A DNA stretch of 64,000 nucleotides from the NCBI GenBank assembly GCA_965197905.1, contig CBDAOB010000004.1:1504001-1568000 (forward strand), written 5' to 3'. Shown piece after piece: positions 9,370 through 20,221 of the stretch. Under the pieces are notes generated by a model. The model did not search any database and was not told the origin of the DNA. It worked only from the letters and a program-made list of their open reading frames with translations. Source of the DNA: Candidatus Latescibacterota bacterium (GTDB lineage: Bacteria; Latescibacterota; UBA2968; UBA8231). The number at the start of each line of letters is the position of its first letter. Within the stretch, counting starts at the first letter, position 1. The position numbers and the translations under genes are program-made.

Positions 9370-10460
9370 AGGACGATGAGTCTTATATGCAGCGGGCGCT
9401 GCGGCTCGCTGACAAGGGCCGGGGCCGGGTCAGTCCCAATCCTCTGGTGGGGGCAGTGGTGGTGTATGACGGTGAGATCATCGGTGAGGGCGCGCATCTG
9501 CAGGTGGGCTCGGTCCATGCTGAGGTAAACGCACTGCGCGAGCTGGGCACCCGTGCCCGCGGCGCGACATTGTATGTGACCCTCGAGCCGTGCTCGTTTC
9601 ACGGGCGGACGCCACCATGTTGCGAAGCGGTGATCGATGCCGGCATCGCGCGTGTTGTTTGCGCCCTGGAGGATCCCGATAAACGGGCTCGGGGGTCCGG
9701 GTTCAAACGTTTGGAGGAAGCCGGCATTCGCGTCGACGTGGGCTTGCTCGCCTCCGAAGCATCGAGGCGCAACGCCCCCTACCTCAAGCACCGCCGCACC
9801 GGCTTGCCGTGGGTGGTGCTGAAACTGGCGCAAAGCCTCGATGGAAACATTGCGACCTCATCAGGCGATTCGCGCTGGATAAGCGGTGAACCTTCGCGCC
9901 GTCTGGTGCATCGGTGGCGTTCGTGGGTCGATGCGGTCATGGTGGGTGCCGGTACTGTTGGAAAAGATGACCCGCAACTAACGGTCCGGCGGGTACGGGG
10001 CCGCGATCCGCGAGTGATCGTCGTTGATGGGCGCCTAGGCGTGCCGTGTTCGGCGCAGGTTTTCCAACGCGGGGGAACGGTGGTCGCCACCCTGGCCTCG
10101 TGCCCAGCTGCTCGGCGAGCTGCCTACGCCGACCTGGGTGTCGAGGTATGGTCCTTTGCGTCCACGGCGGAACGCATCGATTTGCGGCAGCTGCTGATGA
10201 AAGCTGGAGAAAACGAGATCACCAGCGTTCTGGTGGAGGGCGGCGCCAAACTGGCCGCCGCCGCGTTGGCGGATCGCGTGGTGGACGAGGTAATGATTTT
10301 CCTGGCCCCGCTTCTGTTGGGTGACGGGGTTGCCAGTATCGGTCAACTGGGCATTAAACGCGTGGACGACGGCATTCGGCTCGACCGCGTGCGCACCCGG
10401 CGCGTTGGAGAGGATATGCTGCTCACCGGAGAGGTTCGATACCCATGTTCACCGGATTGA
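9366..10460 (+). CDS. ribD: Riboflavin biosynthesis deaminase/reductase RibD
   Basis: PNPLVGAV, HAE, TLEPCSFHGRTPPC, SLDG, SRWIS and VEGG. GTG start overlaps the upstream TGA. Confidence 0.96.
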   Translation: MKDDESYMQRALRLADKGRGRVSPNPLVGAVVVYDGEIIGEGAHLQVGSVHAEVNALRELGTRARGATLYVTLEPCSFHGRTPPCCEAVIDAGIARVVCALEDPDKRARGSGFKRLEEAGIRVDVGLLASEASRRNAPYLKHRRTGLPWVVLKLAQSLDGNIATSSGDSRWISGEPSRRLVHRWRSWVDAVMVGAGTVGKDDPQLTVRRVRGRDPRVIVVDGRLGVPCSAQVFQRGGTVVATLASCPAARRAAYADLGVEVWSFASTAERIDLRQLLMKAGENEITSVLVEGGAKLAAAALADRVVDEVMIFLAPLLLGDGVASIGQLGIKRVDDGIRLDRVRTRRVGEDMLLTGEVRYPCSPD

Positions 10461-11089
10461 TCGAGGAAGTCGGAGAGGTTGGAGAGCTGCGCCGCTCGGT
10501 CAGCTTTCAGCGGATGGAGATCACCGCGGGGTCGGTCCTGGAGGATCTTGCGATTGGCGACAGCATCTGCATCGACGGCGTCTGCCAGACCGTGGTCGCC
10601 CTAAAGGGAAACCGATTCGTCGTTGAATCGGTGGAGGAAACCATGCGCCTGACCACCTTGTCGGCCTTGCGAACCGGTGACCGGGTCAATCTGGAGCGCC
10701 CCCTGAAGGCCAGCGATCGCCTGGGAGGTCATATGGTCCTGGGGCATGTCGACGGCGTCGGTGTCATCCGCCGTTTGGAGGCCTCGGGAGGCAGCTGGAT
10801 CCTGCAGGTGGAGATACCCGCTCTGCTGCGTCGATACATCGCGCCCAAGGGCTCGATCGCCGTCGATGGGATCAGTTTGACAGTGGTGACGAGCACCGCG
10901 GAGGGGTTTACGATCAGCCTGATACCGCATACATTTGAGCATACAAATCTAAAGCAGCGAAAACGGGGCGATCGCGTGAATATCGAGGTGGACGTGGTCG
11001 CCCGTTACCTTGAGCGCCTGCTGGTCCGTGAAGATGCAAACGGTGAATTCGATCTCTCCAAACTGAAGGAAATGGGATACGATGCCTGA
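10445..11089 (+). CDS. ribE: Riboflavin synthase (alpha chain)
   Basis: MFTGLIEEVG, GVCQT, NLER, GGHMVLGHVD and KGSIAVDGISLT. Confidence 0.96.
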   Translation: MFTGLIEEVGEVGELRRSVSFQRMEITAGSVLEDLAIGDSICIDGVCQTVVALKGNRFVVESVEETMRLTTLSALRTGDRVNLERPLKASDRLGGHMVLGHVDGVGVIRRLEASGGSWILQVEIPALLRRYIAPKGSIAVDGISLTVVTSTAEGFTISLIPHTFEHTNLKQRKRGDRVNIEVDVVARYLERLLVREDANGEFDLSKLKEMGYDA

Positions 11090-12365
11090 CTTCAATTCCG
11101 TCGAGGAAGTTCTCGAAGAGCTACCGGCTGGGTCGATGGTTGTGCTCGTCGACGAACGGGGCCAGGACGTGGACGGTACGGAGCTGGTCGGCGAGGGTGA
11201 GTTGATGACGCTGGCAGAAACGGTCACTCCTCAGACGATCAATTTCATGGCGCGGCACGCCAGCGGCCCGCTGAACGTAACAGCCAGCGGAGAAAGACTG
11301 GAAGCACTTGGTCTGAAGTTGGCTACCGGTGGTCACGGCCCTCGCGGAGCAGCCGTAATGGCTTCCGTGAACGCCCGCGACGTCACCGGAACCGGTGTTT
11401 CGGCCCACGATCGCGCTGCGACGATTCGCAAACTCGCCGACCCCGCCAGCGCGCCGGGGGACTTTGTGCAACCGGGACATATCACCCCCTTGCGCGCCCA
11501 GGTCGGGGGTGTGCTCAGGCGGGCCGGTCATACAGAGGCCTCGGTCGATATGGCGGTCCTGGCCGAATGCCAGCCCGTGGGTTTGATCTCAGCGATCCTC
11601 GACGAGGACGGAGAAGTCGCTTCAACCCCGTATTTGCTCGAATTCGCCCGCCAACACGGACTTAAGATCGCCAGTATCAAGGACCTCATCGCCTACCGCC
11701 GGCGAACGGAGAAACTGATCTCCCTGGAGGCCCGCTCGACCATGCCTACCCGCTTCGGGGAGTTCGAGCTGTTTGCCTATCGCAGCCTGGTCGACGACAG
11801 TCCGTACATCGCCCTGGTGATGGGAGAGGTGGCTGACGGAGAAGATACGCTGGTGCGCATGCATTCGGCCTGTCTTACGGGCGACGCTCTCGGTTCGTTT
11901 CTGTGTGATTGCGGCGACCAGCTGCAACAGTCGCTGGAACTCATCGCACGCGAAGGCCGGGGCGTGCTGGTCTACATACAGAACCACGAGGGGCGCGGCA
12001 TCGGGATCCTGCATAAGATGAAGGCGTACCAATTGCAGCGCACCGAAGGGCTGGACACCATCGAAGCCAATCACGCCTTGGGCTTGCCCATGGATGCCCG
12101 GGACTACGGCATCGGTGCCCAGGTCCTTCATGACCTGGGGTTGAGCCGCGTCCGGTTCCTCACCAACAATCCGAAGAAACGAGTGGGTCTAGAGGCATAC
12201 GGCCTTACCGTCGTCGAGCAGGTGCCCATCGCCGCCCACCCGAACCCTCACAATATTCGCTACTTGAAAACCAAGCAGGACAAGATGGGCCACACGACGC
12301 TCTTGGAACGGGATTCGACGCTCCCCGCCGCCGAAGGAGAACAACAGAATGCCAAAAGTGCATGA
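11082..12365 (+). CDS. ribBA: RibBA fusion: DHBP-synthase-like domain (degenerate) plus GTP cyclohydrolase II
   Basis: PGH, RAGHTEA, HSACLTGD..GS..CDCG, EGRGIG, TNNPKK and YLKTKQDKMGH. Confidence 0.9.
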   Translation: MPDFNSVEEVLEELPAGSMVVLVDERGQDVDGTELVGEGELMTLAETVTPQTINFMARHASGPLNVTASGERLEALGLKLATGGHGPRGAAVMASVNARDVTGTGVSAHDRAATIRKLADPASAPGDFVQPGHITPLRAQVGGVLRRAGHTEASVDMAVLAECQPVGLISAILDEDGEVASTPYLLEFARQHGLKIASIKDLIAYRRRTEKLISLEARSTMPTRFGEFELFAYRSLVDDSPYIALVMGEVADGEDTLVRMHSACLTGDALGSFLCDCGDQLQQSLELIAREGRGVLVYIQNHEGRGIGILHKMKAYQLQRTEGLDTIEANHALGLPMDARDYGIGAQVLHDLGLSRVRFLTNNPKKRVGLEAYGLTVVEQVPIAAHPNPHNIRYLKTKQDKMGHTTLLERDSTLPAAEGEQQNAKSA

Positions 12366-12816
12366 GGGTCAGCTCGCGGCCGGGGGCAGCAGCTTCGCCA
12401 TCGTGGTGAGCCGTTTTAACAGCTTGGTCACCGGCAAGTTGCTGGAAGGAGCGCTGGACTGCCTGAAGCGGCATGGATGCACCGACGAGAACATCGAAAT
12501 TGCCTGGGTCCCGGGGGCGTTCGAATTGCCGCTCGTGGCACAGAAGATGGCCGCCGCGGGTCGGGCGGATGTGGTCATTTGCCTGGGTGCTATTATCCGC
12601 AGCAATACCCCGCATTTTGATTTCGTAGCCAACGAAACGGCGCGCGGCATTTCGCGGGTCGGGCTCGACAGCGGCGTGCCGGTTACCTTCGGCGTAATCA
12701 CCACCGACGACGTGGAGCAGGCCGTTGAACGGGCGGGGACACGGGCGGGCAACCGCGGCTGGGATGCCGCCCTCAATGCCATCGAAATGGCCAGCCTCTG
12801 CGCCCAACTGGGCTGA
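12349..12816 (+). CDS. ribH: 6,7-dimethyl-8-ribityllumazine synthase
   Basis: SRFN, VPGAFELP, LGAIIRSNTPHFDFV and QAVERAG. Confidence 0.96.
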   Translation: MPKVHEGQLAAGGSSFAIVVSRFNSLVTGKLLEGALDCLKRHGCTDENIEIAWVPGAFELPLVAQKMAAAGRADVVICLGAIIRSNTPHFDFVANETARGISRVGLDSGVPVTFGVITTDDVEQAVERAGTRAGNRGWDAALNAIEMASLCAQLG

Positions 12817-12817
12817 T

Positions 12818-13276
12818 ATGACGCTGACGGAATTTCAGGACAACTTCGAAGCCGTCGACACCCCGGACAACCGTCATGGTGCGCGACGGCTGGCTCTGCA
12901 AGCTCTCTACTGGGAGGCGTGTGACGCCGGCAAGGCAGAGGGGGCGCTGGAGAATCTCCAACAGGCGGTGGAGCTTTCAGAGCCCGTGCGCGCCTTTGCC
13001 GAAACTCTGGTTTTACTGGTCGCTGACCACGCCCTCGAGCTCGAAGAGCTCATCGGGACAAACGCCACCCACTGGCGCACCGATCGGATGGCCCGTATCG
13101 ATTTGATCATCCTGCGCCAGACATTGGCGGAAATCCTCTTCGTCGACGATGTCCCAGTTCGAGTCTCCATCGACGAGGCGGTGGAACTCGCCCGCATCTT
13201 CAGCACCGAGCAGTCGTACGCTTTCGTGAACGGGATTCTCGATGCGGTCGTTCATAAAAAGGGTCTACCGGTGTAG
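12818..13276 (+). CDS. nusB: Transcription antitermination factor NusB
   Basis: RHGARRLALQALY, VSIDEAVELA and FVNGILD, in the conserved ribH-nusB order. Confidence 0.93.
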   Translation: MTLTEFQDNFEAVDTPDNRHGARRLALQALYWEACDAGKAEGALENLQQAVELSEPVRAFAETLVLLVADHALELEELIGTNATHWRTDRMARIDLIILRQTLAEILFVDDVPVRVSIDEAVELARIFSTEQSYAFVNGILDAVVHKKGLPV

Positions 13277-13306
13277 GTGCGTTGGCTTGCGGTTCAGGAA
13301 TCGCCC

Positions 13307-14031
13307 ATGCGCACGGCAATTATCTCGGATATCCATGGCAATCTGGAAGCATTGGAGGCGGTCTATCGGGCGGCAACCGAGTGCGGCGTTGACTCCTGGG
13401 CCTGTCTGGGCGACATCGTTGGCTACGGCGCTGACCCGCAACCCTGCCTGCAGCGGATTCGGGCGACGACGGAACAGATCCTTCGCGGGAATCACGACGC
13501 GGCGGTGGCGGGCACACAGAGCCTTGACGGCTTCAACCTCGTCGCACGCGAAGCGGCGCTGTGGACCGCCAGCCGGTTGACGCCAGCGGAGCGCGAGCTC
13601 CTCGCCACGCTACCGCTGGAGTTGGAGCGCGACGGGGTTCTTCTGTGCACGCAGGGCCAGGGGACCCGGAGGCCTGGGAGTACATATACTCCGCGATCGA
13701 AGCTCGACAGGCGTTGGAGGTGACTGATGCGCACATCTGCTTCGTCGGTCATACCCATTGCCCTCTGGCGTGTGTGGAAGCGGGGGGCGCTGTCAGCTCG
13801 ATGTCCGGAAATGCCATCGAGCTGGACGCTCACTCTAGGTACCTCTTCAACGTGGGAAGTGTCGGGCAGCCCCGTGATGGCGATCCACGTGCATGCTTCG
13901 TCGTGTGGGACGCCGACGCGAAGACGGTCGAATTTCAGCGCGTCTGCTACGACGTGGAAACAGCCCGTAGAAAGATCCTGGACGCCGACCTGCCGCGGTT
14001 TCTGGCCGATCGACTTCTCAGCGGCAGATGA
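13307..14031 (+). pseudogene. Metallophosphoesterase (calcineurin-like), split by a one-base deletion near 13645 (real lesion or sequencing error)
   Basis: First frame has SDIHGN, LGDIVGYG and RGNHD. Second frame continues VHAGP, VGHTH and NVGSVGQPRDGDPRA. Confidence 0.8.
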
Positions 14032-14114
14032 AGAACGCCCTTGCCCCGCGCGCCAGAGCGAATGGGGAAGAATCCAACCGAGCCGGATGACAATCTACTG
14101 AGTGAGGAACTGGC

Positions 14115-17100
14115 ATGTTTGGACAGGTTTTTAACAAGGTTTTCGGTTCGCAGGCGGACCGCACCTTCAAGAAGTTTCTTCCGGCACTGGAAGAGGCTAA
14201 ACACTACGAAGCGGAGCTCGGCAAGCTCGACGAGACCCAGCTGCAACACAAAACCTTCGAGTTCAAGGAGCAGTTGTCCGCGCGGATCGGACCACGCGGT
14301 GCCCGGATTCTGGAGTTGGCGAATGAGCTGAGGGGAGATTTGGATACCGCTGACCGCGAGCCGCTCAACAATCAGTACGACGCGCTCCTGCAGGAGATCC
14401 GCGATCTGGAAGAGACCGTGCTCGACGAACTCATGCCGCAGGCGTTTTCGGTAGTGCGAGAGGCATGCCGACGCCTCATGGGCCGCGAATGGGATGTCAC
14501 GGGCAATATGACCAGCTGGGACATGGTCCCCTACGACGTGCAGATGTTCGGTGGCACGGTACTTCACGAGGGCAAGATCGCGGAAATGGCGACCGGCGAG
14601 GGCAAGACGCTGGTGGCCACCATGCCACTATACCTCAACGCGCTGACCGGGCGCGGCGTCCACCTGATTACACACAACAACTATCTCGCCAAGCGGGATG
14701 CCATGTGGATGGGGCCGCTCTACAACTACCTGGGGCTTTCTGTAGGCATCATCCAGGACGCCCACCAGACCGGAGGGTCCGAGGCGTTTCTGCTGCACCG
14801 ACCGGATGGCGTCCCCACCGAATTCGAGTGGCAGGAAACTACGTGGAAAGAAGCCTACGGCGCGGATGTGGTCTACGCCACCAAGGACCAGATCGGCTTT
14901 CACTACCTCTACGACAACATGGCCTCCCGTCGCGAAGATATCATGCAACGGGAGTTCAACTACGCGATCGTCGACGAAGCGGACAGCAATCTGATCGATG
15001 ACGCGCGCACGCCCTTGATCATATCCGGCCCGGTGCGCGAATCGAGCAATCGGTACGGCGAGCTCAAACCGATGGTTGACAAGCTCATCAGGGCGCAGAA
15101 CTCGCTGGTAAGCAAGATCATCGCCGAGGCGGAAAAGAAGCGGGGTAAGGATGCCGACGGCGATGACTACGACGTCGGCATCGAGCTGCTCAAAGCGGCG
15201 CGCGGGGCACCGAAGAACCGTCGCTTCATGAAGATCCAGCAGGAAGAAGGGGTGAAACGCCTCATCGGCAAGGTCGAGGCGGACTACATGCGCGACAAGC
15301 GGCTCAGCGAGATTGACGAGGCGCTGTATTACGCCGTCGACGAGAAGAGCCACACCATCGACATGACCGACAAGGGGCGCGATCTCCTTTCACCGGACGA
15401 GCAGGCCGTGTTCATCTTGCCCGACATCAGCGCCGAAGTGGATGCCATCCAGAAGGATGAGACGCTCGACTCGGAGCAGAAGTCACTGGCCGAGGAGGAG
15501 GCCTACCGCAACCACGCCAGTAAGAGCGAAGCGGTGCACAACATCAACCAGTTGATGCGCGCCTACACGCTGTTCGAAAAGGATGTCCAGTATATGGTCA
15601 GCGACGACGGCCGCGTCGTCATCGTTGACGAGTCAACAGGCAGGCCGCAACCGGGACGGCGGTTTTCCGATGGGCTGCATCAGGCGTTGGAGGCGAAGGA
15701 AGGCGTAAAGATTCAGCAGGAAACCCAGACCATCGCCACCATTACCCTGCAAAACCTCTTTCGCATGTATCACAAACTGGCAGGGATGACGGGCACCGCC
15801 GAAACCGAGGCCGGCGAATTGTGGCAGATCTACAAGTTAGATGTGGTCGTCGTTCCCACCAACAGACCCATCCGGCGGGTCGATCTGGAGGACCTCATCT
15901 TTCGCACCAAGAGAGAGAAATACAACGCCCTTATCGACGAAATCGCGCGCTTGCATGAAGCGGGGCTGCCCATGCTCGTGGGAACCATATCGGTGGAGGT
16001 CTCCGAGCTGCTTAGCCGTATGTTAACCCGCAGGGGAATCAAACACCAGTTGCTCAACGCGCGGTACCACGAAAAGGAAGCGCAGATCGTAGCCGAGGCG
16101 GGACACCCCGGCACGGTGACTATTGCCACTAATATGGCGGGACGGGGAACCGACATCAAACTGGCCCCATCGGTGATCAAGATTGAACGGGAGCTTCTCA
16201 ATTCCGACATGACGTTGAGCCACCGGCTTCCCGAAGGCGACATATTGAAAGAGCATCTGATCAATGAACCAAGCGGCCTACAGGTGATCGGCACCGAGCG
16301 CCACGAAGCTCGTCGCATCGATCGCCAGCTACGTGGCCGCTCCGGTCGACAGGGTGACCCGGGCTCGTCGCGGTTCTTTCTGTCCCTGGAAGACGATCTT
16401 ATGCGGCTATTCGGCTCAGAGCGTATCGCCTCCGTCATGGATCGGCTCGGCGCCGAAGAAGGTGAAGTGATCGAGCACTCCATGGTCACGAAGTCGATTC
16501 AGCGGGCGCAGAAGAAGGTGGAGGCGAGAAACTTCGAGATCCGCAAGCACCTGCTGGATTACGACGACGTGATGAACCAGCAACGACAGGTGATCTACAA
16601 CCGCCGCCACGATGTTCTGGATCGGGAAACCGCCGCCGAACAGGTGTTGGAGATGATCGGTGAATCGATCGACGCTCTGCTCACCACCTACACCGATGCC
16701 GAGAGCCATCCAAGCGAGTGGAACTGGGACGCCCTGCAATCGGATTTTGGCAACACCTTCTTTATGGGGTTCCCCAACTCCGCGGAAGAGCGCGAAGGCA
16801 TGTCGCCGGACAAGCTGAGGGAGTTGATGCAGACTACCGTGGAGAACTCCTACCGGCGGCGGATCGAGCTGGTCGGTGAGGAGACCTTTCACGAGGTGGA
16901 GAAGGCGATCGTTCTGCACACCATCGACAGCTGCTGGCAGGACCATCTCTACGAGATGGACGAACTGAAGGAAGGGGTCGGATTCGTCGGTGTGGGCGGC
17001 AAGAACCCGTTGATCGAGTACAAGAAAGGCGCCTATGATCTCTTCGAGAATCTGATTGCCCGCATCAACGAAGAAACCTTGCGCCATCTATTTCAGCTGC

Positions 17101-17405
17101 GGGTGGATGTGGATATGCCGAATGTCCTGCCGCGACGGGGTTCGGGGGGTCGATACAGCTCCGTCCACCGCGAGGCCACCAACCTGGGTTTCGACGGCGG
17201 ATCTCCCGAAGGGCGAGCCGCTCCGGCCGTGGAAGGGATCACCGCTGGCTCCCAGGGAAGAGAGGGAATGGTGACGTCAGGAGGAGGCGCCGGAGAAGCC
17301 CCGCCGAAACAACCAAAACGCGTGGCGCCGAAAGTGGGGCGCAATGAACCGTGTCCCTGCGGCAGCGGCAAGAAGTACAAGCGCTGCTGCGGTGCTGGTG
17401 GGTAG
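14115..17405 (+). CDS. secA: Preprotein translocase ATPase SecA (long form with insertions)
   Basis: [43 protein letters not shown] and C-terminal SEC-C motif [13 protein letters not shown]. Confidence 0.97.
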   Translation: MFGQVFNKVFGSQADRTFKKFLPALEEAKHYEAELGKLDETQLQHKTFEFKEQLSARIGPRGARILELANELRGDLDTADREPLNNQYDALLQEIRDLEETVLDELMPQAFSVVREACRRLMGREWDVTGNMTSWDMVPYDVQMFGGTVLHEGKIAEMATGEGKTLVATMPLYLNALTGRGVHLITHNNYLAKRDAMWMGPLYNYLGLSVGIIQDAHQTGGSEAFLLHRPDGVPTEFEWQETTWKEAYGADVVYATKDQIGFHYLYDNMASRREDIMQREFNYAIVDEADSNLIDDARTPLIISGPVRESSNRYGELKPMVDKLIRAQNSLVSKIIAEAEKKRGKDADGDDYDVGIELLKAARGAPKNRRFMKIQQEEGVKRLIGKVEADYMRDKRLSEIDEALYYAVDEKSHTIDMTDKGRDLLSPDEQAVFILPDISAEVDAIQKDETLDSEQKSLAEEEAYRNHASKSEAVHNINQLMRAYTLFEKDVQYMVSDDGRVVIVDESTGRPQPGRRFSDGLHQALEAKEGVKIQQETQTIATITLQNLFRMYHKLAGMTGTAETEAGELWQIYKLDVVVVPTNRPIRRVDLEDLIFRTKREKYNALIDEIARLHEAGLPMLVGTISVEVSELLSRMLTRRGIKHQLLNARYHEKEAQIVAEAGHPGTVTIATNMAGRGTDIKLAPSVIKIERELLNSDMTLSHRLPEGDILKEHLINEPSGLQVIGTERHEARRIDRQLRGRSGRQGDPGSSRFFLSLEDDLMRLFGSERIASVMDRLGAEEGEVIEHSMVTKSIQRAQKKVEARNFEIRKHLLDYDDVMNQQRQVIYNRRHDVLDRETAAEQVLEMIGESIDALLTTYTDAESHPSEWNWDALQSDFGNTFFMGFPNSAEEREGMSPDKLRELMQTTVENSYRRRIELVGEETFHEVEKAIVLHTIDSCWQDHLYEMDELKEGVGFVGVGGKNPLIEYKKGAYDLFENLIARINEETLRHLFQLRVDVDMPNVLPRRGSGGRYSSVHREATNLGFDGGSPEGRAAPAVEGITAGSQGREGMVTSGGGAGEAPPKQPKRVAPKVGRNEPCPCGSGKKYKRCCGAGG

Positions 17406-17432
17406 TCGTATAAACCCCGATTCGAGATAGCT

Positions 17433-18926
17433 ATGGAAATATGGGAAGTCACCTGCCTGGTCTTCTATTGCGGTGTGGTAGCGCTGTTGGCTCTGTACGG
17501 CAGCCATCGCTATCAGATGCTGCATCTCTACTATCGCCACCACCAGAAAACGGTGGCGCCCAGTGGGGCCTTCGAGGACCTGCCACCGGTTACGGTGCAA
17601 CTACCCATCTACAACGAGTCGGAAGTCGTCGAGCGCCTCCTGACCGCGGTCGCCGCCCTCGACTACCCGCGCCATCGCCTGCAGATCCAGGTGCTGGACG
17701 ACTCCGAGGATGAGACCAAGGAGCGGGCTCGAGCAGTTGTCGACCGGCTTTCATCTCAGGGTTTCGATATCGAGTATCTCTCCCGCGAACATCGCCTAGG
17801 CTTCAAGGCCGGGGCCCTGGCCAACGGTCTAAAGCGGGCCAGTGGCGAATTCCTCCTGATCCTGGATGCAGATTTCGTGCCGCCTCCCAAGATCCTCAAA
17901 CAGTGCATCGACTACTTTACCGATCCAGGCATCGGGATGGTACAGATGCGTTGGGGCCACCTCAATCGCACCTATTCCCTGTTGACTCGGATTCAATCGA
18001 TCTTCCTCGACGGCCACCTGATCATCGAACATACGGCGCGAAACCGGTCCGGACGTTTCTTCAATTTCAACGGCACTGCCGGGATATGGAGAAAGCGGGC
18101 CATCGAGGAGGCGGGCGGGTGGCAGCATGACACCCTGACCGAAGATCTGGATTTGAGTTACCGAGCACAGCTTGCAGGTTGGAGGTTCGTCTACCTGCCG
18201 AAGGTCGCTGTGCCCGCAGAGATACCGGTGGAGATGAACGCGTTCAAGCTGCAACAGCACCGCTGGACGAAAGGCGCCGTACAAACCGCCAAGAAGATTC
18301 TCCCGAAGGTTTGGTGCAGCCATTTTCCATTGGCGGTAAAGATAGAAGCGACCTTTCACCTCACCTCCAACATCAGCTACATACTGATGTTCCTGGTGGC
18401 GCTGTTGACCTTGCCCGTGTTGCACATTCGCTCACAGCTGGGTTGGGAGAAGCTGCTCATCGTCGACGTGCCGTTGTTTTCGCTGGCTACGATGGCAGTC
18501 TCGGGGTTCTACATTGCCTCGCAGCGTGCTCTTTACCCCGACTGGAAGCGGCAGATAAAATATCTGCCTATGCTGCTTGCCCTCGGGATGAGCCTGTGCA
18601 TCAACAACACGCGCGCGGTTTTGGAGGGATTGGTCGGGCACAAAAGCAGCTTCAGGCGCACACCCAAATACGGCGTAACGAACCGTCGGGAGCGAGGATC
18701 GGGAAAGTGGCGCTACAGCGCGCAGAAAAACGTGCTGGTCCTCTTCGAGCTTACCATGGCTATCTACTTCGCCGTGATTCTGTATTATGCTCTGAGCGTC
18801 GATCTCTATTTAGGGATTCCTTTCTTCGCCCTGTTTCACCTCGGTTTCCTCTACAGCTCGGTGCTCTCGACAATGCAGTCCCACATTGGTAGCCCTTTCT
18901 GGCCGCGCTGGAACCCGGCGACCTGA
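17433..18926 (+). CDS. Processive GT2 glycosyltransferase (cellulose-synthase-like)
   Basis: QLPIYNE, DDS, KAGAL, DAD, TED, QQHRW and multiple TM helices. Confidence 0.9.
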   Translation: MEIWEVTCLVFYCGVVALLALYGSHRYQMLHLYYRHHQKTVAPSGAFEDLPPVTVQLPIYNESEVVERLLTAVAALDYPRHRLQIQVLDDSEDETKERARAVVDRLSSQGFDIEYLSREHRLGFKAGALANGLKRASGEFLLILDADFVPPPKILKQCIDYFTDPGIGMVQMRWGHLNRTYSLLTRIQSIFLDGHLIIEHTARNRSGRFFNFNGTAGIWRKRAIEEAGGWQHDTLTEDLDLSYRAQLAGWRFVYLPKVAVPAEIPVEMNAFKLQQHRWTKGAVQTAKKILPKVWCSHFPLAVKIEATFHLTSNISYILMFLVALLTLPVLHIRSQLGWEKLLIVDVPLFSLATMAVSGFYIASQRALYPDWKRQIKYLPMLLALGMSLCINNTRAVLEGLVGHKSSFRRTPKYGVTNRRERGSGKWRYSAQKNVLVLFELTMAIYFAVILYYALSVDLYLGIPFFALFHLGFLYSSVLSTMQSHIGSPFWPRWNPAT

Positions 18927-18980
18927 CGAATGGGATTCCTGCCGTCCCCAATCGATTTGGGATGCTGATGCGCCATGTGA

Positions 18981-19009
18981 TTGACGGTGTAGTTTACTGG
19001 CAATACCTT
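18981..19009 (+). promoter_or_regulatory. Putative sigma70 promoter for purC
   Basis: TTGACG-N17-TACCTT. Confidence 0.5.
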
Positions 19010-19044
19010 TTTCCCCACCCCCATCCTAACCCATTCTTCGCTCT

Positions 19045-20013
19045 ATGATAACCCAAGATCAAATCCGAGATCAGCTGCAGAATTGCCTCATGGAGGCGCG
19101 GTTCGAACAGTGGTCGCGGTACTACCGCCAGGGCAAGGTGCGGGACATGTACCTGCTGCCGGACAAGCGCATCCTCATCACCACCGATCGACAGAGCGCC
19201 TTCGATCATGTGCTTGGGGCCATTCCGTTGAAAGGCGCGGTGCTGAATCGCATCGCAAAGTACTGGTTCGACAAAACCAGCGACATCGTGCCGAATCAGG
19301 TGTTGGAGGTGCCCGACCCCAACGTAACCGTCGCTCGCGAACTGCAGATGCTGCCGGTGGAAATCGTCGTACGTCGGTATCTGACCGGTAGCACGGATAC
19401 CTCGGTTTGGACCAACTACAATCGCGGCGCGCGCGATTTCTGCGGTGTGAAATTGCCCGAGGGCATGGTCAAGAATCAGCGATTCGACGCTGCCATCATA
19501 ACCCCGACCACCAAAGCCGAAGATCACGACGAGTCGATCTCGCCACAACAGATCGTCGAGCGCGGGTTAGTCGCGCGGGACCGGTGGGAGGAGATCGAAC
19601 AGGTTGCTCTTGCCCTGTTTGCCCGGGGCACGGAGATGGCGGCAGACCAGGGTTTGATTTTGGTGGACACCAAATACGAAATGGGGTTGGACAGTAGCGG
19701 CCATTTGACCATCGCCGACGAAATCCATACACCCGACTCCTCGCGTTTCTGGATTGCGGCTACCTATGAGGAGCGGCACGCAAACGGCGAAGAGCCGGAA
19801 AGCCTTGACAAGGAGTTTCTGCGACTGTGGCTTCGCGACCGCAACTTTTCCGACGACAACATTCCCGAACTGGATGACGACATCCGGGTGCAGGTGGCCG
19901 AGCGTTACATCGACCTCTATCAGCGAGTTACGGGCGAACCTTTCGACGCCGCTCTAGATACGGGACCGATCGCGGAGCGGATCGAACGGAACATTGATCA
20001 ATACATTAGCTGA
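19045..20013 (+). CDS. purC: Phosphoribosylaminoimidazolesuccinocarboxamide (SAICAR) synthase
   Basis: GKVRD, TDRQSAFD, TPTTKA, DTKYEMG, DEIHTPDSSRFW and DKEFLR. Confidence 0.95.
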   Translation: MITQDQIRDQLQNCLMEARFEQWSRYYRQGKVRDMYLLPDKRILITTDRQSAFDHVLGAIPLKGAVLNRIAKYWFDKTSDIVPNQVLEVPDPNVTVARELQMLPVEIVVRRYLTGSTDTSVWTNYNRGARDFCGVKLPEGMVKNQRFDAAIITPTTKAEDHDESISPQQIVERGLVARDRWEEIEQVALALFARGTEMAADQGLILVDTKYEMGLDSSGHLTIADEIHTPDSSRFWIAATYEERHANGEEPESLDKEFLRLWLRDRNFSDDNIPELDDDIRVQVAERYIDLYQRVTGEPFDAALDTGPIAERIERNIDQYIS

Positions 20014-20028
20014 ACTTCGCTGGCCCTG

Positions 20029-20208
20029 ATGATCAAGAACCTCGTCCGCGCCTTCCTGGTACTCCGACTCGAATCCCGCCTCCTCTCCGTCGACCTCAGC
20101 CAGGTGATGATGGCCTGGCGCAGCCGCCCGGTCATTGAAGTGATGTTCGACCGCCTCGTTCGCAAATCCTGCCTCGTTCGCAAACTGGACGAAGTGTATC
20201 CGTTCTGA
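20029..20208 (+). CDS. Small hypothetical protein (59 aa), absent from the ORF track
   Basis: ATG...TGA reads MIKNLVRAFLVLRLESRLLSVDLSQVMMAWRSRPVIEVMFDRLVRKSCLVRKLDEVYPF. Strong C/G third-position bias; fills the gap between purC and the next gene. Confidence 0.55.
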   Translation: MIKNLVRAFLVLRLESRLLSVDLSQVMMAWRSRPVIEVMFDRLVRKSCLVRKLDEVYPF

Positions 20209-20221
20209 GCCTTGCCTTCCA

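Noticed and set aside
20011..20208. UGA read-through or selenocysteine extension of purC into the in-frame downstream ORF
   Set aside because: PurC is complete at the TGA, no SECIS-like hairpin is evident, and the downstream ORF has its own ATG.
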